DNA of 64,000 bases. It comes from Anaerolineales bacterium. Its GTDB lineage: Bacteria > Chloroflexota > Anaerolineae > Anaerolineales > UBA6668. Of this stretch, positions 48,934 through 59,730 are shown piece after piece (positions within the stretch are counted from its first letter, which is position 1; each line of letters begins with the position of its first letter). The notes under the pieces were generated by a model, which was not told the DNA's origin, did not search any database, and saw only the letters and a program-made list of their open reading frames with translations. The DNA lies in the NCBI GenBank assembly GCA_020630175.1, contig JAHDBW010000003.1, forward strand, positions 11,982 to 75,981, written 5' to 3'. The position numbers and the translations under genes were made by a program.

Positions 48934-50670
48934 ATGAAATCAATTCAACGTAATTTGCTTGTATTGCTTTTGCTACTTTCGCTAGGTCTAGTAGCTTGTA
49001 GCGGTGCCGATGATGGTAGCGCAGCTGAAGGCGATGCAACTGAAATCCCAATCGTAATCGACGATTTTGATGTTGTTGCAGATGGCCGCATTATTCCAAT
49101 TAATGATGTCAACCTTGCTTTTGAAACAGGCGGTACGCTTTCAGAAGTGCTTGTAAAAGAAGGTGATGTTATTGCGGCTGGCGATGTGATTGCGCGCCTG
49201 ACCAATATTGAACAGCTCGAAGCGGCTGTTGCCGGAGCGGAGCTAGAATTAAAGTCTGCTGAGTTAGAACAACAATCTGCGCAACAAGAGTTGCTAAGCG
49301 CTGAAAAGGCCTACAACGATCTGTTCGAACTTTATGATGTCAATGATCCTGCAATTCAGTTGCAAATTGCGCAATTAGAAGATCAAATCACGGCATCACG
49401 CGACAAGCTAGATGATGCCGAAGATCGACTTGAGTATTACCTTGACAAAGACTCGCGTGATCTTGAATATTACGAAGATTTGGTTGAAGCAGCAGAAGAC
49501 AGAGTAGAAGCTGCCCAAGACGCGATCGAAGATGCCGAACGGGGCCTTCTGACAGCAAATCAAGGCGTGCAAAGTTTTGAGGTTAGCGCTCAACGGGATG
49601 AAACCACAAATCTCAGCGTGCTTGAACAATCGGCAGCGCTCATTGAACTGGGCCCATTGCAAGATGCGGTGCGGGTCATGCAAGATCAGTTGCGTTCAAA
49701 TCAAGAACAGTTAGGGAATGCGCAAGTTGCCCATAACGATAACTGTACCGAGCGTGCAGAAGATGAAGACCTGCCAGCCTGCCGCACAACGGATGCTGTG
49801 CACTTGGGCCAAAGCTTAGAGCAATGGCAGCAAAACGTTCGGGATGCACAAACCAATCTAGACGAAGCTGAACTAACGCTAGAGCAAGCCCGCCAAAACA
49901 ATGCCAATGCGCGCACAGAAGCTGAGATCGCGGCGCAAGAAACGCAAACCAATCGTGAAATTACACGCACTAATAATGCCAATGCAATTTCTGATGCGAA
50001 TGAAGCGATTGCCGATGCGCAAGAACATCTTGTTGATATGCAAGAAGACTTAGCAGAAGCGGTTGAAGACTTGGAGTTGGAACGCAATTATGAAGCAAGT
50101 GAACTCCGGATTTCAGAAACTGAAGCGGATATCACCGTTGCCAAAGCAGAAATCGTAGATGCGACTAACCGGATTGAAGAATTGAAAGCTGGCCCAGAAG
50201 GCGAAGACGTAACTCTAGCAGAAGCGCGCATTCAAACGGCGAACACGCGTCTGGCAACGGTTGAAAACCGTATTTTGACTGGTGAAGCAAATCTGCGCGC
50301 TGCGCAAGCAAACTTGGCAGATCTTGAGTTGGTTGCACCAATTGGTGGCACGGTAACCAATCTGAATTTGAAAGTTGGCGAACAAATTTTGCCGGGTGCG
50401 CCAGCGTTGACGGTTGCAGATGTTTCCGAATGGGTCGTTGAAACTGAAAACCTGACTGAAATCGAAGTTCCAAGTGTCTTTGTGGGTCAGACAGTGACGA
50501 TTGTGCCAGATGCTTTGCCAGACTTAGAACTTGCCGGTGTAGTTGAGTCAGTCGATGACTCCTTCATCGAACGGGCTGGTGACATCACTTATACTGTCAA
50601 TATCAAAATTACTGAAAGTGACCCACGCCTAAAGTGGGGCATGACAGTTGTTGTTACGTTCAAAGAGTAA
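48934..50670 (+). CDS. HlyD-family periplasmic adaptor lipoprotein with very long coiled coil
   Basis: Lipobox LVAC. Lipoyl-like halves (GTLSEVLVKEGDVIAAGDVIARL ... LVAPIGGTVTNLNLKVGE) are separated by about 330 aa of heptad-rich sequence. Confidence 0.75.
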   Translation: MKSIQRNLLVLLLLLSLGLVACSGADDGSAAEGDATEIPIVIDDFDVVADGRIIPINDVNLAFETGGTLSEVLVKEGDVIAAGDVIARLTNIEQLEAAVAGAELELKSAELEQQSAQQELLSAEKAYNDLFELYDVNDPAIQLQIAQLEDQITASRDKLDDAEDRLEYYLDKDSRDLEYYEDLVEAAEDRVEAAQDAIEDAERGLLTANQGVQSFEVSAQRDETTNLSVLEQSAALIELGPLQDAVRVMQDQLRSNQEQLGNAQVAHNDNCTERAEDEDLPACRTTDAVHLGQSLEQWQQNVRDAQTNLDEAELTLEQARQNNANARTEAEIAAQETQTNREITRTNNANAISDANEAIADAQEHLVDMQEDLAEAVEDLELERNYEASELRISETEADITVAKAEIVDATNRIEELKAGPEGEDVTLAEARIQTANTRLATVENRILTGEANLRAAQANLADLELVAPIGGTVTNLNLKVGEQILPGAPALTVADVSEWVVETENLTEIEVPSVFVGQTVTIVPDALPDLELAGVVESVDDSFIERAGDITYTVNIKITESDPRLKWGMTVVVTFKE

Positions 50671-50728
50671 CGTGCGTCAACAACGACCTAATTTATTGTA
50701 AGCGTAACGTTATCTAGAAATTGAACTT

Positions 50729-51856
50729 ATGAAAGCAGATACTAAATTTACAAAACTGATTGTGGGTAGCTTAATGGCAATGCTGGTAAGCGCACTCGCC
50801 ATTCCGGTTTTTGCACAATCAAGCAATAGCACGGCAACTGTTAGCGCCACCTGTGTTGCTAACGTTGCAACCGTAGAGTGGAGCGGCTTCTTTGGCGGCC
50901 GTTACTCTGAGGCCGTGTCTATTTATATTGATGACAAGGTTGTGGCAAGTGGCATGGGCACTTTTGGTGAGTTGCAAAAAGATGTACTCACGCTCAGCCG
51001 GGTCCAAGATACAGCGCCGACGCAAATCAAAGTGAAAGCTTACGGCTCACGCACCGGCTATGTAGATGCCGGCACAATTGCGTGTACAGCGCAACCTGTA
51101 TTTGAAGCTGAAACACCTGCTGCAGCCACTGCTCCACAATTTGCGCCCCCAGAAATAAATGGTAATGGTGCCGGGCAATTGGTTGACGAATTTGGCACAA
51201 CACCCTTTATTGAAGGACTTGCCCACAGTGTGGGTACAGAATTCTCACGTGATGGCACTTGGCGCGTAACGCGCGGTATTGCGATTGATGCTGCAATTGA
51301 ATCAGCAAGAACGGGTGAGCCTGTCTTGGTAATTCTTGAGCGCTGGCGTGAAGAATATTATGCAGACCGTCCTGCATCTTTATATGAAGCGTTGCGCGTT
51401 TACTGCTATCCACCAGGCTATATTGAAGTTTGGCACACCAGCAATGACGAGTCTGGCAACCCAAGCCGCATGATGGGGCAATTCCATATTGCACTTGTTG
51501 CAAATGAAGGCGCAGTTTCTCTGCCAACGCATAACGGCGGCTTTATCATTGCTACTCACGCTGGTGACAATCTCACAATCGATGCGCAAACCGGTGCTGG
51601 GCAAGCCAAGACAATTTCATACGCTGCGTGTTTGGCGTCTGCACATCTAACAGAAGAAACTGTGCCAAAAATGTCTTGTAACGCAGATGCAGTTGTTCAA
51701 CAGCAAGCTTTGATTGCTGAACAACAAGCTTATGTGGCTAAACTTGAACCAATCAAGACTGCTGTTGCCACGCGTGATGAGTATGCATATGCCACTAGCC
51801 ACTTGGCTAAATTGCAAAATGCACTCACCTCAATGCAGGCTGGCTGCGCAGAATAA
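50729..51856 (+). CDS. secreted protein of unknown function
   Basis: Signal peptide ending VFAQSS; 375 aa. Last gene of the TetR-ABC cluster. Confidence 0.55.
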   Translation: MKADTKFTKLIVGSLMAMLVSALAIPVFAQSSNSTATVSATCVANVATVEWSGFFGGRYSEAVSIYIDDKVVASGMGTFGELQKDVLTLSRVQDTAPTQIKVKAYGSRTGYVDAGTIACTAQPVFEAETPAAATAPQFAPPEINGNGAGQLVDEFGTTPFIEGLAHSVGTEFSRDGTWRVTRGIAIDAAIESARTGEPVLVILERWREEYYADRPASLYEALRVYCYPPGYIEVWHTSNDESGNPSRMMGQFHIALVANEGAVSLPTHNGGFIIATHAGDNLTIDAQTGAGQAKTISYAACLASAHLTEETVPKMSCNADAVVQQQALIAEQQAYVAKLEPIKTAVATRDEYAYATSHLAKLQNALTSMQAGCAE

Positions 51857-51887
51857 CCGAATACCGAATAAACCCTAATTGAATTTA

Positions 51888-51915
51888 GCGCCTTCGCCTA
51901 GCGAGGGCGCTTTTT
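51888..51915 (+). terminator. intrinsic terminator
   Basis: 10-bp stem GCGCCTTCGC/GCGAGGGCGC (one G-U pair), loop CTA, then TTTTT. Confidence 0.65.
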
Positions 51916-51935
51916 AATTGGGTAGAATTTGTTGC

Positions 51936-52511
51936 ATGAAAGAACTTGTCCAAAAAATTCAGGAGCATGGTGTCTATCTTGGCAACGGTATCCTAAAAGT
52001 TGATAGTTTTCTAAACCATCAAATTGACGCGGGGCTGATGCACCGTGGCGGGGTTGAATTCGCTAATCGGTTTGCTGCAACCAAGCCAGATGTGATTTTG
52101 ACAGCTGAAATTTCGGGGATTGTGCCAGCCACAATGACTGCGCTGCAAATGCAATTGCCGATTGTGTTTGCACGTAAACATCGCCCAATCACAATGCCCA
52201 AAGACGTCTATAGTAGCTCTGCACCGTCGCATACAAAAGGCAAAATCGTAGAGCTGATGGTTTCTCCTGAATACTTGAAAGCCGGACAGCGCGTCCTAAT
52301 TATTGACGACTTCCTCGCCACCGGAAAGACGCTGCAAGGCCTTGTCCAAATTGTGGGTCAAGCGCAAGCGGAACTGGTCGGCATTGGGGCAGTCATTGAG
52401 AAAAGCTTTGAAGGCGGCCGTGCGTTACTTTCCACGCTGGGCGTGCAAATTGAAAGCTTAGCGATTATTGATGCATTGTCAGATGACGGCATTGAGGTCC
52501 GGGGTGGCTAA
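51936..52511 (+). CDS. xpt: xanthine phosphoribosyltransferase
   Basis: [13 protein letters not shown] and [15 protein letters not shown] motif, collinear with Bacillus Xpt. Start moved to ATG 51936. Confidence 0.9.
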   Translation: MKELVQKIQEHGVYLGNGILKVDSFLNHQIDAGLMHRGGVEFANRFAATKPDVILTAEISGIVPATMTALQMQLPIVFARKHRPITMPKDVYSSSAPSHTKGKIVELMVSPEYLKAGQRVLIIDDFLATGKTLQGLVQIVGQAQAELVGIGAVIEKSFEGGRALLSTLGVQIESLAIIDALSDDGIEVRGG

Positions 52512-52512
52512 T

Positions 52513-54054
52513 ATGGATACAGTTGTTATTTTAGACTTTGGGTCGCAGTATACCCAGCTGATTGTGCGCCGGGTTCGCGAAGCCAATGTCTATTCTGAAT
52601 TACACCCGTTTGATGTTGCTCCAGCCACAATCGCAGCCCTAAACCCTAAAGCCTTTATTATTTCTGGCGGGCCAAGCAGCGTTTATGAAGCAGATGCACC
52701 AACCCTGCCGGATTACATCTTGGCGGCTGGTGTGCCTGTACTTGGCATTTGCTATGGTATGCAACTGCTGGCGCATACGCTGGGCGGCGAAGTGTCTGCC
52801 TCTAATGAAAGAGAATATGGCCGCGCCGCAATTGGCGTGCCGCAACCGGGAACGCTCTTGGATGACGCGGTTCCAACCACATTCAACGCTTGGATGAGCC
52901 ACGGTGACAAAGTTACCCAAGTGCCAGCGGGGTTTCAGGTCTCGGCCACGAGTGCCAACTGTCCAATAGCCGCGATGGAAGATACGCAGCGCAACCTTTA
53001 TGCGGTGCAATTTCACCCAGAAGTCAATCACACTGCCTATGGCCGTAATGTAATTGAGAACTTTCTCAGCGTGGCAGATATTAAGCGTGATTGGAACGCG
53101 AGCTTCATGATTGAGCAAGCTGTTGCGGAAATCAAAGCTAAGGTTGGCGCTAAACGCGTACTGGCTGCTGTGTCTGGTGGCGTGGATTCAACGGTGGCAA
53201 CGGCCTTGGTGAGCAAAGCCATTGGTGATCAACTGACGTGCTTTTATGTCGATACCGGCCTGATGCGCGCTAATGAAACTGAGCAGGTGATTGAGACATT
53301 CACGAAAAATATCGCTGCCGAATTCGAGCCGATCAATGCGGTTGAAGATTTCTTGGGCGCAATTGGCAACGAAACCGATCCCGAAGCAAAGCGCAAAATT
53401 ATTGGTAAGACGTTTATCGATATTTTTGAGCGCGAAGCCCGCCGTCTTGGTAAAGATGCGAGCTTTTTAGTGCAAGGCACGATTTACCCGGACGTTGTGG
53501 AAAGCAGCGGCAAAGGGCGTGAAAAAGCAGCGAAAATCAAAACGCACCATAACGTTGGCGGTTTGCCTGACGATCTGAATTTTGATCTGCTAGAACCGTT
53601 GCGCTTTATGTTCAAAGACGAAGTGCGTAAAGTTGGCGAAGCACTAGGGTTGCCAGACGAAATGGTCTGGCGGCAGCCGTTTCCGGGGCCGGGCTTAGGG
53701 ATCCGCTGCCTAGGTGAAATTACTTGGGAACGCCTTGAAACACTCCGCGCTGCCGATAAAATCCTGCGCGATGAACTGCGCGCTGAAGGCATGTTGCGTG
53801 GCGATACCGCGCAAGCCTTTGCCGTGTTACTCCCTGTAAAATCAGTTGGCGTAATGGGCGATCAGCGGACGTATGAAGAAGTGATTGCACTGCGTGCTGT
53901 TACCACCGATGACTTTATGACGGCTGATTGGGCGCACCTGCCTTATGAATTGTTGGCAAAGATTAGCAGTCGTATTTGTAACGAAGTGCGCGGGGTCAAT
54001 CGGGTGGTGTACGATATCACCAGCAAGCCACCGGGTACAATCGAGTGGGAATAA
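52513..54054 (+). CDS. guaA: GMP synthase (glutamine-hydrolysing)
   Basis: GATase ([19 protein letters not shown]), ATP-PPase loop SGGVDSTV, C-terminal ...KPPGTIEWE. Start at ATG 52513. Confidence 0.95.
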   Translation: MDTVVILDFGSQYTQLIVRRVREANVYSELHPFDVAPATIAALNPKAFIISGGPSSVYEADAPTLPDYILAAGVPVLGICYGMQLLAHTLGGEVSASNEREYGRAAIGVPQPGTLLDDAVPTTFNAWMSHGDKVTQVPAGFQVSATSANCPIAAMEDTQRNLYAVQFHPEVNHTAYGRNVIENFLSVADIKRDWNASFMIEQAVAEIKAKVGAKRVLAAVSGGVDSTVATALVSKAIGDQLTCFYVDTGLMRANETEQVIETFTKNIAAEFEPINAVEDFLGAIGNETDPEAKRKIIGKTFIDIFEREARRLGKDASFLVQGTIYPDVVESSGKGREKAAKIKTHHNVGGLPDDLNFDLLEPLRFMFKDEVRKVGEALGLPDEMVWRQPFPGPGLGIRCLGEITWERLETLRAADKILRDELRAEGMLRGDTAQAFAVLLPVKSVGVMGDQRTYEEVIALRAVTTDDFMTADWAHLPYELLAKISSRICNEVRGVNRVVYDITSKPPGTIEWE

Positions 54055-54071
54055 TTATCCGCTAACGTCAC

Positions 54072-55331
54072 ATGATAAAACTTATAGGCCGCACGCTCAA
54101 ACATCGCTACCGTATTTACGACCGCCTTGGCGAAAGTAAAATGACCACCGTTTATCTGGCCCGTGACACGTTCACTGGGCGGATTGTTGTTGTTAAAACG
54201 CTGTTTGTGCGGCGCGTTGCCGAAGAAGATGCGCGTAACCTTATTCGTGAAATCGAAGTGCTGCGTCAGATCAACAATCGGCATGTGGTTGCGTTGCTAG
54301 ATTATGCGCTGAATTATGAAGATGTTGATCTGGAACATCCGATCAGCTTCCTAGTTACCAAGTATATTGAAGGGTTGCCGCTCAAGGTTATCTTGCAAAA
54401 ATTGAAGGGGCTGAGCGCGATCAATACGCTAGCGTTAGCCCGTCAACTGCTCGTGGCGCTGTCTCAATTGCACGAACATGGCATTGTGCACCGCGATTTG
54501 AAAACGGATAACGTGCTTGTGACGGCAGAGAATCGCGCTTACCTGATTGATTTTGGAATTGCCAAAATTGTAGACGGGCAAACGCTAACAAATACCGGCC
54601 AGTTTGCTGGCACGGTTGGTTATGCTGCGCCAGAACAACTTGAAAACGCCCGCGCAGTCGATACGCGTGCGGATTTGTATTCACTTGGTGTGATTATGGC
54701 CGAGTCGTTGATGGGCAAACTGCCGAGCCGCAATTTAGATGGGCGTCATCAGCTTGAGATGTCTGGCTTAGGGGCGCGTGAAGGGGAAGAGCACGTCACA
54801 GATGCGTATGCGGTTACGAACCGCTTGCTATCCCTCGCGCCGCGTGATCGCTATCTGGTACCGGGCGTGCTGCATGCTAGGTTAGAAACGTTGCTAGATG
54901 AAACGGTGCTGCTTATCCCGTGGAGCAAGCTTATCTTGCATCAGACGCGCGAATTGGTCACACCGCAAACTGCGCCACAGGCGCCTGTTGCTGAAGACGC
55001 TTTGCCAGATTATGTGCTCAAAGTACAGGAGCACACCATTCTGCTGACCGCGCCAGAAGTGATGATTGGGCGCGCAACACCGTCTGATCCAGATTGGAAG
55101 CCGGAAGTTGATGTGCTTGCCCTTGGTTTGCAAAATGCGGATACGGTTTCTCGCTTACACTGCTGCTTGTTTAGAGACGCAGATGGTAACTATCAGGCCA
55201 GCGATATGGGCAGCTATAACGGCACCGTAATCAATGGCGCATTGGTGCCAAATGGGACGGTCTATTCGCTCCAAGCTGGTGATGAGATTGAATTAGGCGG
55301 GGTTGTATTTACCTTTGAATCGCATGGATAA
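54072..55331 (+). CDS. Ser/Thr protein kinase with C-terminal FHA domain
   Basis: HRDLKTDNVLV, DFGIAK, and the APE region. FHA region: IGRA...SRLHC...D.GS.NGT.ING. Confidence 0.85.
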   Translation: MIKLIGRTLKHRYRIYDRLGESKMTTVYLARDTFTGRIVVVKTLFVRRVAEEDARNLIREIEVLRQINNRHVVALLDYALNYEDVDLEHPISFLVTKYIEGLPLKVILQKLKGLSAINTLALARQLLVALSQLHEHGIVHRDLKTDNVLVTAENRAYLIDFGIAKIVDGQTLTNTGQFAGTVGYAAPEQLENARAVDTRADLYSLGVIMAESLMGKLPSRNLDGRHQLEMSGLGAREGEEHVTDAYAVTNRLLSLAPRDRYLVPGVLHARLETLLDETVLLIPWSKLILHQTRELVTPQTAPQAPVAEDALPDYVLKVQEHTILLTAPEVMIGRATPSDPDWKPEVDVLALGLQNADTVSRLHCCLFRDADGNYQASDMGSYNGTVINGALVPNGTVYSLQAGDEIELGGVVFTFESHG

Positions 55332-55487
55332 ATAGTGCTTCTATGCTAGGCTATAGCTAAGTGTTTTGCAGTGCGTACAAGGCTTTGCAATAGCGCAAGA
55401 GCCGGATCGTTTTATTTCGGATCTCTTTTGTTTGCGAAACGCGTTACTCAATGTCAAGATCAGTGTCTATCTGATTGAGGATTAATA

Positions 55488-56018
55488 ATGGAAAACGGAA
55501 AAGATTTACTCAAGAAACCAATTTATAGCATTGTTGACGGTAAAAAAGTTGGCGAGATCAAAGACTTGTACCTTGATAAAGAAGCGATCCGCGTGTGCGG
55601 TGTTTACTTAGGTCGGGAAGGTTTGCTTAGCCGCAAACATTTAGCTATTGCCAGTGCAGAAGTTGAAGTGATGGGCGTTGACTGTTGGCTTGTATCAAAA
55701 GCGGGCGTTGTGCGTGATGTCAAAGAAATTGAAGGCTCAGCAGATTTTGTCTATTTGGATGAATTCAAAGGTCGCCAAATCGTGACTGATGGCGAGACGG
55801 CCGTTGGGACAGTGGGCGATATTCAAATCAATGAAGAAGGCGAAATCAAGGCGTTTGTCTTGGGCAAGGTCAATATTCAAGGCCCCGTCGGTGACCATAA
55901 ACTGATTGCGCGGGCCGCAGTAACGTTCCTAGGCGATAAGAAACGCCCAATGCGTGTCAATCTGCAAGAAGCAGAGCAGGCCGCAATCATTGCTAAAAAC
56001 AAAGACAAAGCTAGCTAA
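55488..56018 (+). CDS. PRC-barrel domain protein (two barrels)
   Basis: Two repeats of the G..V....G..vG.v.D type. Confidence 0.7.
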   Translation: MENGKDLLKKPIYSIVDGKKVGEIKDLYLDKEAIRVCGVYLGREGLLSRKHLAIASAEVEVMGVDCWLVSKAGVVRDVKEIEGSADFVYLDEFKGRQIVTDGETAVGTVGDIQINEEGEIKAFVLGKVNIQGPVGDHKLIARAAVTFLGDKKRPMRVNLQEAEQAAIIAKNKDKAS

Positions 56019-56044
56019 TTCGCGGCTGTCTTTTGCACTAACCA

Positions 56045-56084
56045 TAAAAAAAGGGCGACTTCGTTACGAAGTCGCCCTTTTTTA
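56045..56084. terminator. bidirectional intrinsic terminator
   Basis: GGGCGACTTCG-TTA-CGAAGTCGCCC flanked by A7 and T6. Confidence 0.75.
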
Positions 56085-56987
56085 TTATGCTTCGGCTTCA
56101 GCGCGTTTTTTCCAATATCGCATAATGCCGTCAATTGACATATCAAATGGCTCGTCGGTGATGTGCTTGTGCCATACATCTTCGGGTACGCCTGCAGATA
56201 GCGCGATGTCAGTTTGGGCTTGCGTATAGCGCGCAATAATTGCCTCGCGCTCCATACCGGCCTGCATGGCATTGCCAACTAATTGCGTTATATGGTTGAG
56301 GTTAGAGACCATCGCTTCAAGGTGGGGCAATGGCGTTTCAACTGGCCCAAAGTGGGTGGGGTAAATTGTCTTGAAATCAAACGCAATGAGTTTTGCCAAG
56401 GTTTCTTGCCAAACTTCTAAGTTATATTCTGGCGGTGGCGCTGGCACTTTTGTGTAAGGGCTTGGCTGGAACATGCGCATCCCGGCAGCATCACCGGTAA
56501 ACGCAATATCGCCCAGTTGAAAGGTCATATGATGCTTAGCGTGGCCCGGCGTATCATGCGCAATTAGCGTGTGTTCGCCAATTTCAATGACGTCTTGATC
56601 GTATAACAGCGTCACTTGCTCACTGGGGATTGGCACCATTTCACCGTACATAGTTTCCATCAGGTCGCCATAAATGCGTAACGCACTGGCGTACAAGCGT
56701 GATGGATCAATCATGTGCTTAGCGCCAAAGTTATGGACGTAGATTTGCGCCCCTTGTTGGCCCCACCAGCCAGCGCCACCAGCGTGATCAAAGTGGATAT
56801 GGGTTAGCAAAACATGTTTGATATCGCTGGCCTGATAGCCATGTGCGGCTAGCCCCGCTTGCAACGCGGCGTTACATGAGGTTGGACCAGTTTCAATAAT
56901 AAATGGGCCAGCTTCGCTTTCAATTAGGTAAGCGGCAATTGCATTTGGATTGCCCATAAACATCAAATCGATGGTGTGAATTTTCAT
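56085..56987 (-). CDS. MBL-fold metallo-hydrolase
   Basis: THIHFDHAGG (HxHxDH) and downstream His/Asp ligands. Confidence 0.8.
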   Translation of the reverse strand: MKIHTIDLMFMGNPNAIAAYLIESEAGPFIIETGPTSCNAALQAGLAAHGYQASDIKHVLLTHIHFDHAGGAGWWGQQGAQIYVHNFGAKHMIDPSRLYASALRIYGDLMETMYGEMVPIPSEQVTLLYDQDVIEIGEHTLIAHDTPGHAKHHMTFQLGDIAFTGDAAGMRMFQPSPYTKVPAPPPEYNLEVWQETLAKLIAFDFKTIYPTHFGPVETPLPHLEAMVSNLNHITQLVGNAMQAGMEREAIIARYTQAQTDIALSAGVPEDVWHKHITDEPFDMSIDGIMRYWKKRAEAEA

Positions 56988-56990
56988 CGT

Positions 56991-57695
56991 TTATTCCTCA
57001 ATCACGCGCCAATTGAATTTGGTCGCAGCGGTGCGTAGTTTCTTGTCGGGGTCAACCGCCACGGCATCGTGGGCAATGTTTAGCATCTCGATATCCTCAC
57101 CCGTGTCACCATAAGCAGCCGCGAGCTTGCCTGCCTGAAGAAAGGGCTTTAGCGTGGCGACTTTGTGCTTTTGCACGTTGAACGGCCCATCAACTTCACC
57201 AGTAAACACGTCATCTTTGTAAATAATGGGTGTACCAATGGCTTCAATGCCGGGTAATCCTTCTAGTACGCGCTTTAGAAATGGCTCTGGCATGCCTGAG
57301 GCAATAACAACGCGCTTTCCGTCTGCAACGTGCGCGTTCAATTCTGCTAAAACTGACTTACGCATGTTGGGTATCAAAATATTGTCAACGCTCCAGTCGA
57401 TCACGCTTTGAAACGTCTCACGTGGGACCCCAGTCCAAATCCGCAGCAGGTCGCGCATGGTTTGTTCTTTAACACGTCTGGCCGCGGGCAGTTCTAGTTT
57501 GATAATGGGATAGTAATGTAACCGTTTCAACAGGAAATTACGTGCGACGCTGCTTTGTCCATGCGTTTGTAAATAAATTAGAAAGCCTTTGTACAACTGT
57601 GAATTCGAAAGCGTTCCTTCAAAATCTACTGCAACTGTGGGGCGCTCATTGCTGGGCGGCGTGTTGAGTAAGGCGAAATCTGTCCGAGCACTCAT
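56991..57695 (-). CDS. HAD-IB-like hydrolase
   Basis: VAVDFEGTL motif I and C-terminal GDTGEDIEM motif IV. Confidence 0.7.
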   Translation of the reverse strand: MSARTDFALLNTPPSNERPTVAVDFEGTLSNSQLYKGFLIYLQTHGQSSVARNFLLKRLHYYPIIKLELPAARRVKEQTMRDLLRIWTGVPRETFQSVIDWSVDNILIPNMRKSVLAELNAHVADGKRVVIASGMPEPFLKRVLEGLPGIEAIGTPIIYKDDVFTGEVDGPFNVQKHKVATLKPFLQAGKLAAAYGDTGEDIEMLNIAHDAVAVDPDKKLRTAATKFNWRVIEE

Positions 57696-58243
57696 AATAA
57701 ATCTGCGGTGTTAAGCACTGTGGCAAATTCTTCATTTAGATTTGCTAATGCGATCATATGGATAGTTTCGGCTGGATGATACACACCATTGTGATCAGTA
57801 CTGTCATGCGCGGCGGTTGCATCGGCGACAAGGTAAGTGTCAAAGCCGAGGTTTTCGGCCATTCGGGTTGTGGTTGAAACACAGTGATTGGTTGTTAATC
57901 CACAAATCACGACTTGGCTAATACCATTGTCGCGTAAATGTGCTTCCAGATTGGTGCCGATAAAGGCGCTGTTCACGTTTTTTGTGATGTGCGTTTCACC
58001 CGGCAACGGTTGCAGAGCCGGTTTGATTGCCACGCCCGGTTTACTCGGGTGCAATGATGACTCGGGGTATTTTGACAAATGTTGAATGTGCACCAGCGGT
58101 CGGCTGTGTGCGCGCCAGTGTTGCAGTAGACGCAGGCAATTGGCCTCAGCATCTGGATTGTTGCGCTTGCCCATTTGGGGATGATCTAAGCCTAGCTGTA
58201 GATCCACTAAGAGCAGGGCTGCGTTTTCAGAAATATTATGCAT
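57692..58243 (-). CDS. isochorismatase-family cysteine hydrolase
   Basis: ALLLVDLQ start region and [11 protein letters not shown] catalytic Cys motif. Start moved to ATG 58241-58243; the track ORF extends into trmD. Confidence 0.75.
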   Translation of the reverse strand: MHNISENAALLLVDLQLGLDHPQMGKRNNPDAEANCLRLLQHWRAHSRPLVHIQHLSKYPESSLHPSKPGVAIKPALQPLPGETHITKNVNSAFIGTNLEAHLRDNGISQVVICGLTTNHCVSTTTRMAENLGFDTYLVADATAAHDSTDHNGVYHPAETIHMIALANLNEEFATVLNTADLL

Positions 58244-58994
58244 TTGGGTTGTCACCAGCGGATTGTGCAGCTTTGAGTTGTGCAAGGGTTTTCTTATCAA
58301 GTTTGGAAAGCTCAACGTGTTCCAATAGGTCTGGACGGCGTTCTAGCGTGCGTTTCAACGACTGGTCACGCCGCCAACGTTGAATATTGGCATGGTGCCC
58401 AGAGGTCAGCATTTCTGGAATGCCCCAGCCCCGATACATTGCGGGGCGCGTGTATTGTGGATACTCTAACAAGCCGCCGCTGCTGTGGCTGTCATCAGCC
58501 GTGGCGGTGGGGTCGCCCAGTACTCCCGGCTGTAAGCGGGTGACGGCATCTGTAATTGCCAAGGCTGGCAGTTCTCCGCCGGTCAATACGAAATCACCCA
58601 ATGAAAGTTCATGCGTGACTAAATTTTCGCGCACGCGCTCGTCAATGCCTTCATAGCGGCCGCAGAGCAGGGCAAAGCGTGGCCAGGTTGCCATTTCACG
58701 CGCAACAGACTGTGTAAATGGTCGGCCTTGCGGCGTGACCATAATCAGCGGAAAGGTAAAGTCTACGCCTAACACCTGTTCAACTGCGTTGAAAATCGGT
58801 TCTGGCTTCATTAGCATGCCGCCACCGCCGCCGTAAGGCGTGTCATCGGTTACGCGGTGTTTACCTTCAGCGTAGTCACGAATATTGTGCACATCTACAT
58901 TGACTGCATTCATCTCGTGGGCCCGTTTGAGGATGCTGGCCGCCAAGTATGGGGCGCACACCTCAGGAAACAGTGTAAAAATGTCGATTTGCAT
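58236..58994 (-). CDS. trmD: tRNA (guanine37-N1)-methyltransferase
   Basis: [19 protein letters not shown], and [13 protein letters not shown] motifs. Confidence 0.92.
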   Translation of the reverse strand: MQIDIFTLFPEVCAPYLAASILKRAHEMNAVNVDVHNIRDYAEGKHRVTDDTPYGGGGGMLMKPEPIFNAVEQVLGVDFTFPLIMVTPQGRPFTQSVAREMATWPRFALLCGRYEGIDERVRENLVTHELSLGDFVLTGGELPALAITDAVTRLQPGVLGDPTATADDSHSSGGLLEYPQYTRPAMYRGWGIPEMLTSGHHANIQRWRRDQSLKRTLERRPDLLEHVELSKLDKKTLAQLKAAQSAGDNPNA

Positions 58995-59091
58995 AGTTTT
59001 GATTCTACCATCAGAGCGTTTGGATGCCGTTGGTGCACAAGGTGGAAATAGTTATTTTTAACTCATAAGCAGGCGGTATAATCTCAGACAT

Positions 59092-59730
59092 ATGTCGCTA
59101 AAATTAGTGCTTGCATCCCAATCTCCACGCCGTAAAGACTTATTAGCCTTTACTGGCCTTGACTTCGCTATCAAAATTGCCGCGATTGATGAATCCGCGC
59201 TTGAGAACGAAGACCCCGTTGCCTATGTGCGTCGGTTAGCCGCTGCCAAAGCGCAAGCCGTTGCAGACACATTGGACGCAGATGCCGTTGTGCTTGGCTC
59301 TGACACAATCGTGGTCTATGACAATATGCTGCTTGGTAAGCCAGCCGATGCTGCTGATGCCAAGCGCATGCTTTCTATGATCAGAGGCCAGACGCATCAG
59401 GTCGTGACGGCGTTTGCATTCGTCACAAAGTCTGAAGCATTGCTAGTCGCGCATGAATCAGCAGATCTTGTGCTGCGCGATTTTACTGACGCAGAAATTG
59501 ACGCGTACATCGCTTCTGGTGATCCGATGGATAAGGCCGGTGCTTATGCAATTCAAAATCAGGAATTCAAACCAGTTGCAACGCTTAACGGCTGTTTTTC
59601 TGGCGTGATGGGCCTGCCGCTTTGTCAGGTGACGCTAGCCTTGCGCGATCTTGGTTTTGATCCACAAGACAACTTCTCTCTAACCGATTTGCAAGAATGC
59701 GGTTGCAGTAATTTCGCAACTGATGTTTAG
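59092..59730 (+). CDS. maf: Maf-family nucleoside triphosphate pyrophosphatase
   Basis: LASQSPRRKDLL, GSDTIV, KAGAYAIQ motifs. Confidence 0.9.
   Translation: MSLKLVLASQSPRRKDLLAFTGLDFAIKIAAIDESALENEDPVAYVRRLAAAKAQAVADTLDADAVVLGSDTIVVYDNMLLGKPADAADAKRMLSMIRGQTHQVVTAFAFVTKSEALLVAHESADLVLRDFTDAEIDAYIASGDPMDKAGAYAIQNQEFKPVATLNGCFSGVMGLPLCQVTLALRDLGFDPQDNFSLTDLQECGCSNFATDV

Noticed and set aside
51857-51935. Purine riboswitch expected upstream of xpt-guaA
   Set aside because: Only about 20 nt lie between the upstream terminator (51888-51915) and the xpt ATG. There is no room for an aptamer and none of its conserved junction sequence.
58236-58315. 80-nt overlap between trmD and the isochorismatase-family ORF; similar case at 5660-5704 between two operon genes
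   Set aside because: These are artefacts of longest-ORF calling. Internal ATGs (58241-58243 and 5657-5659) give conserved N-termini and normal short overlaps or gaps.
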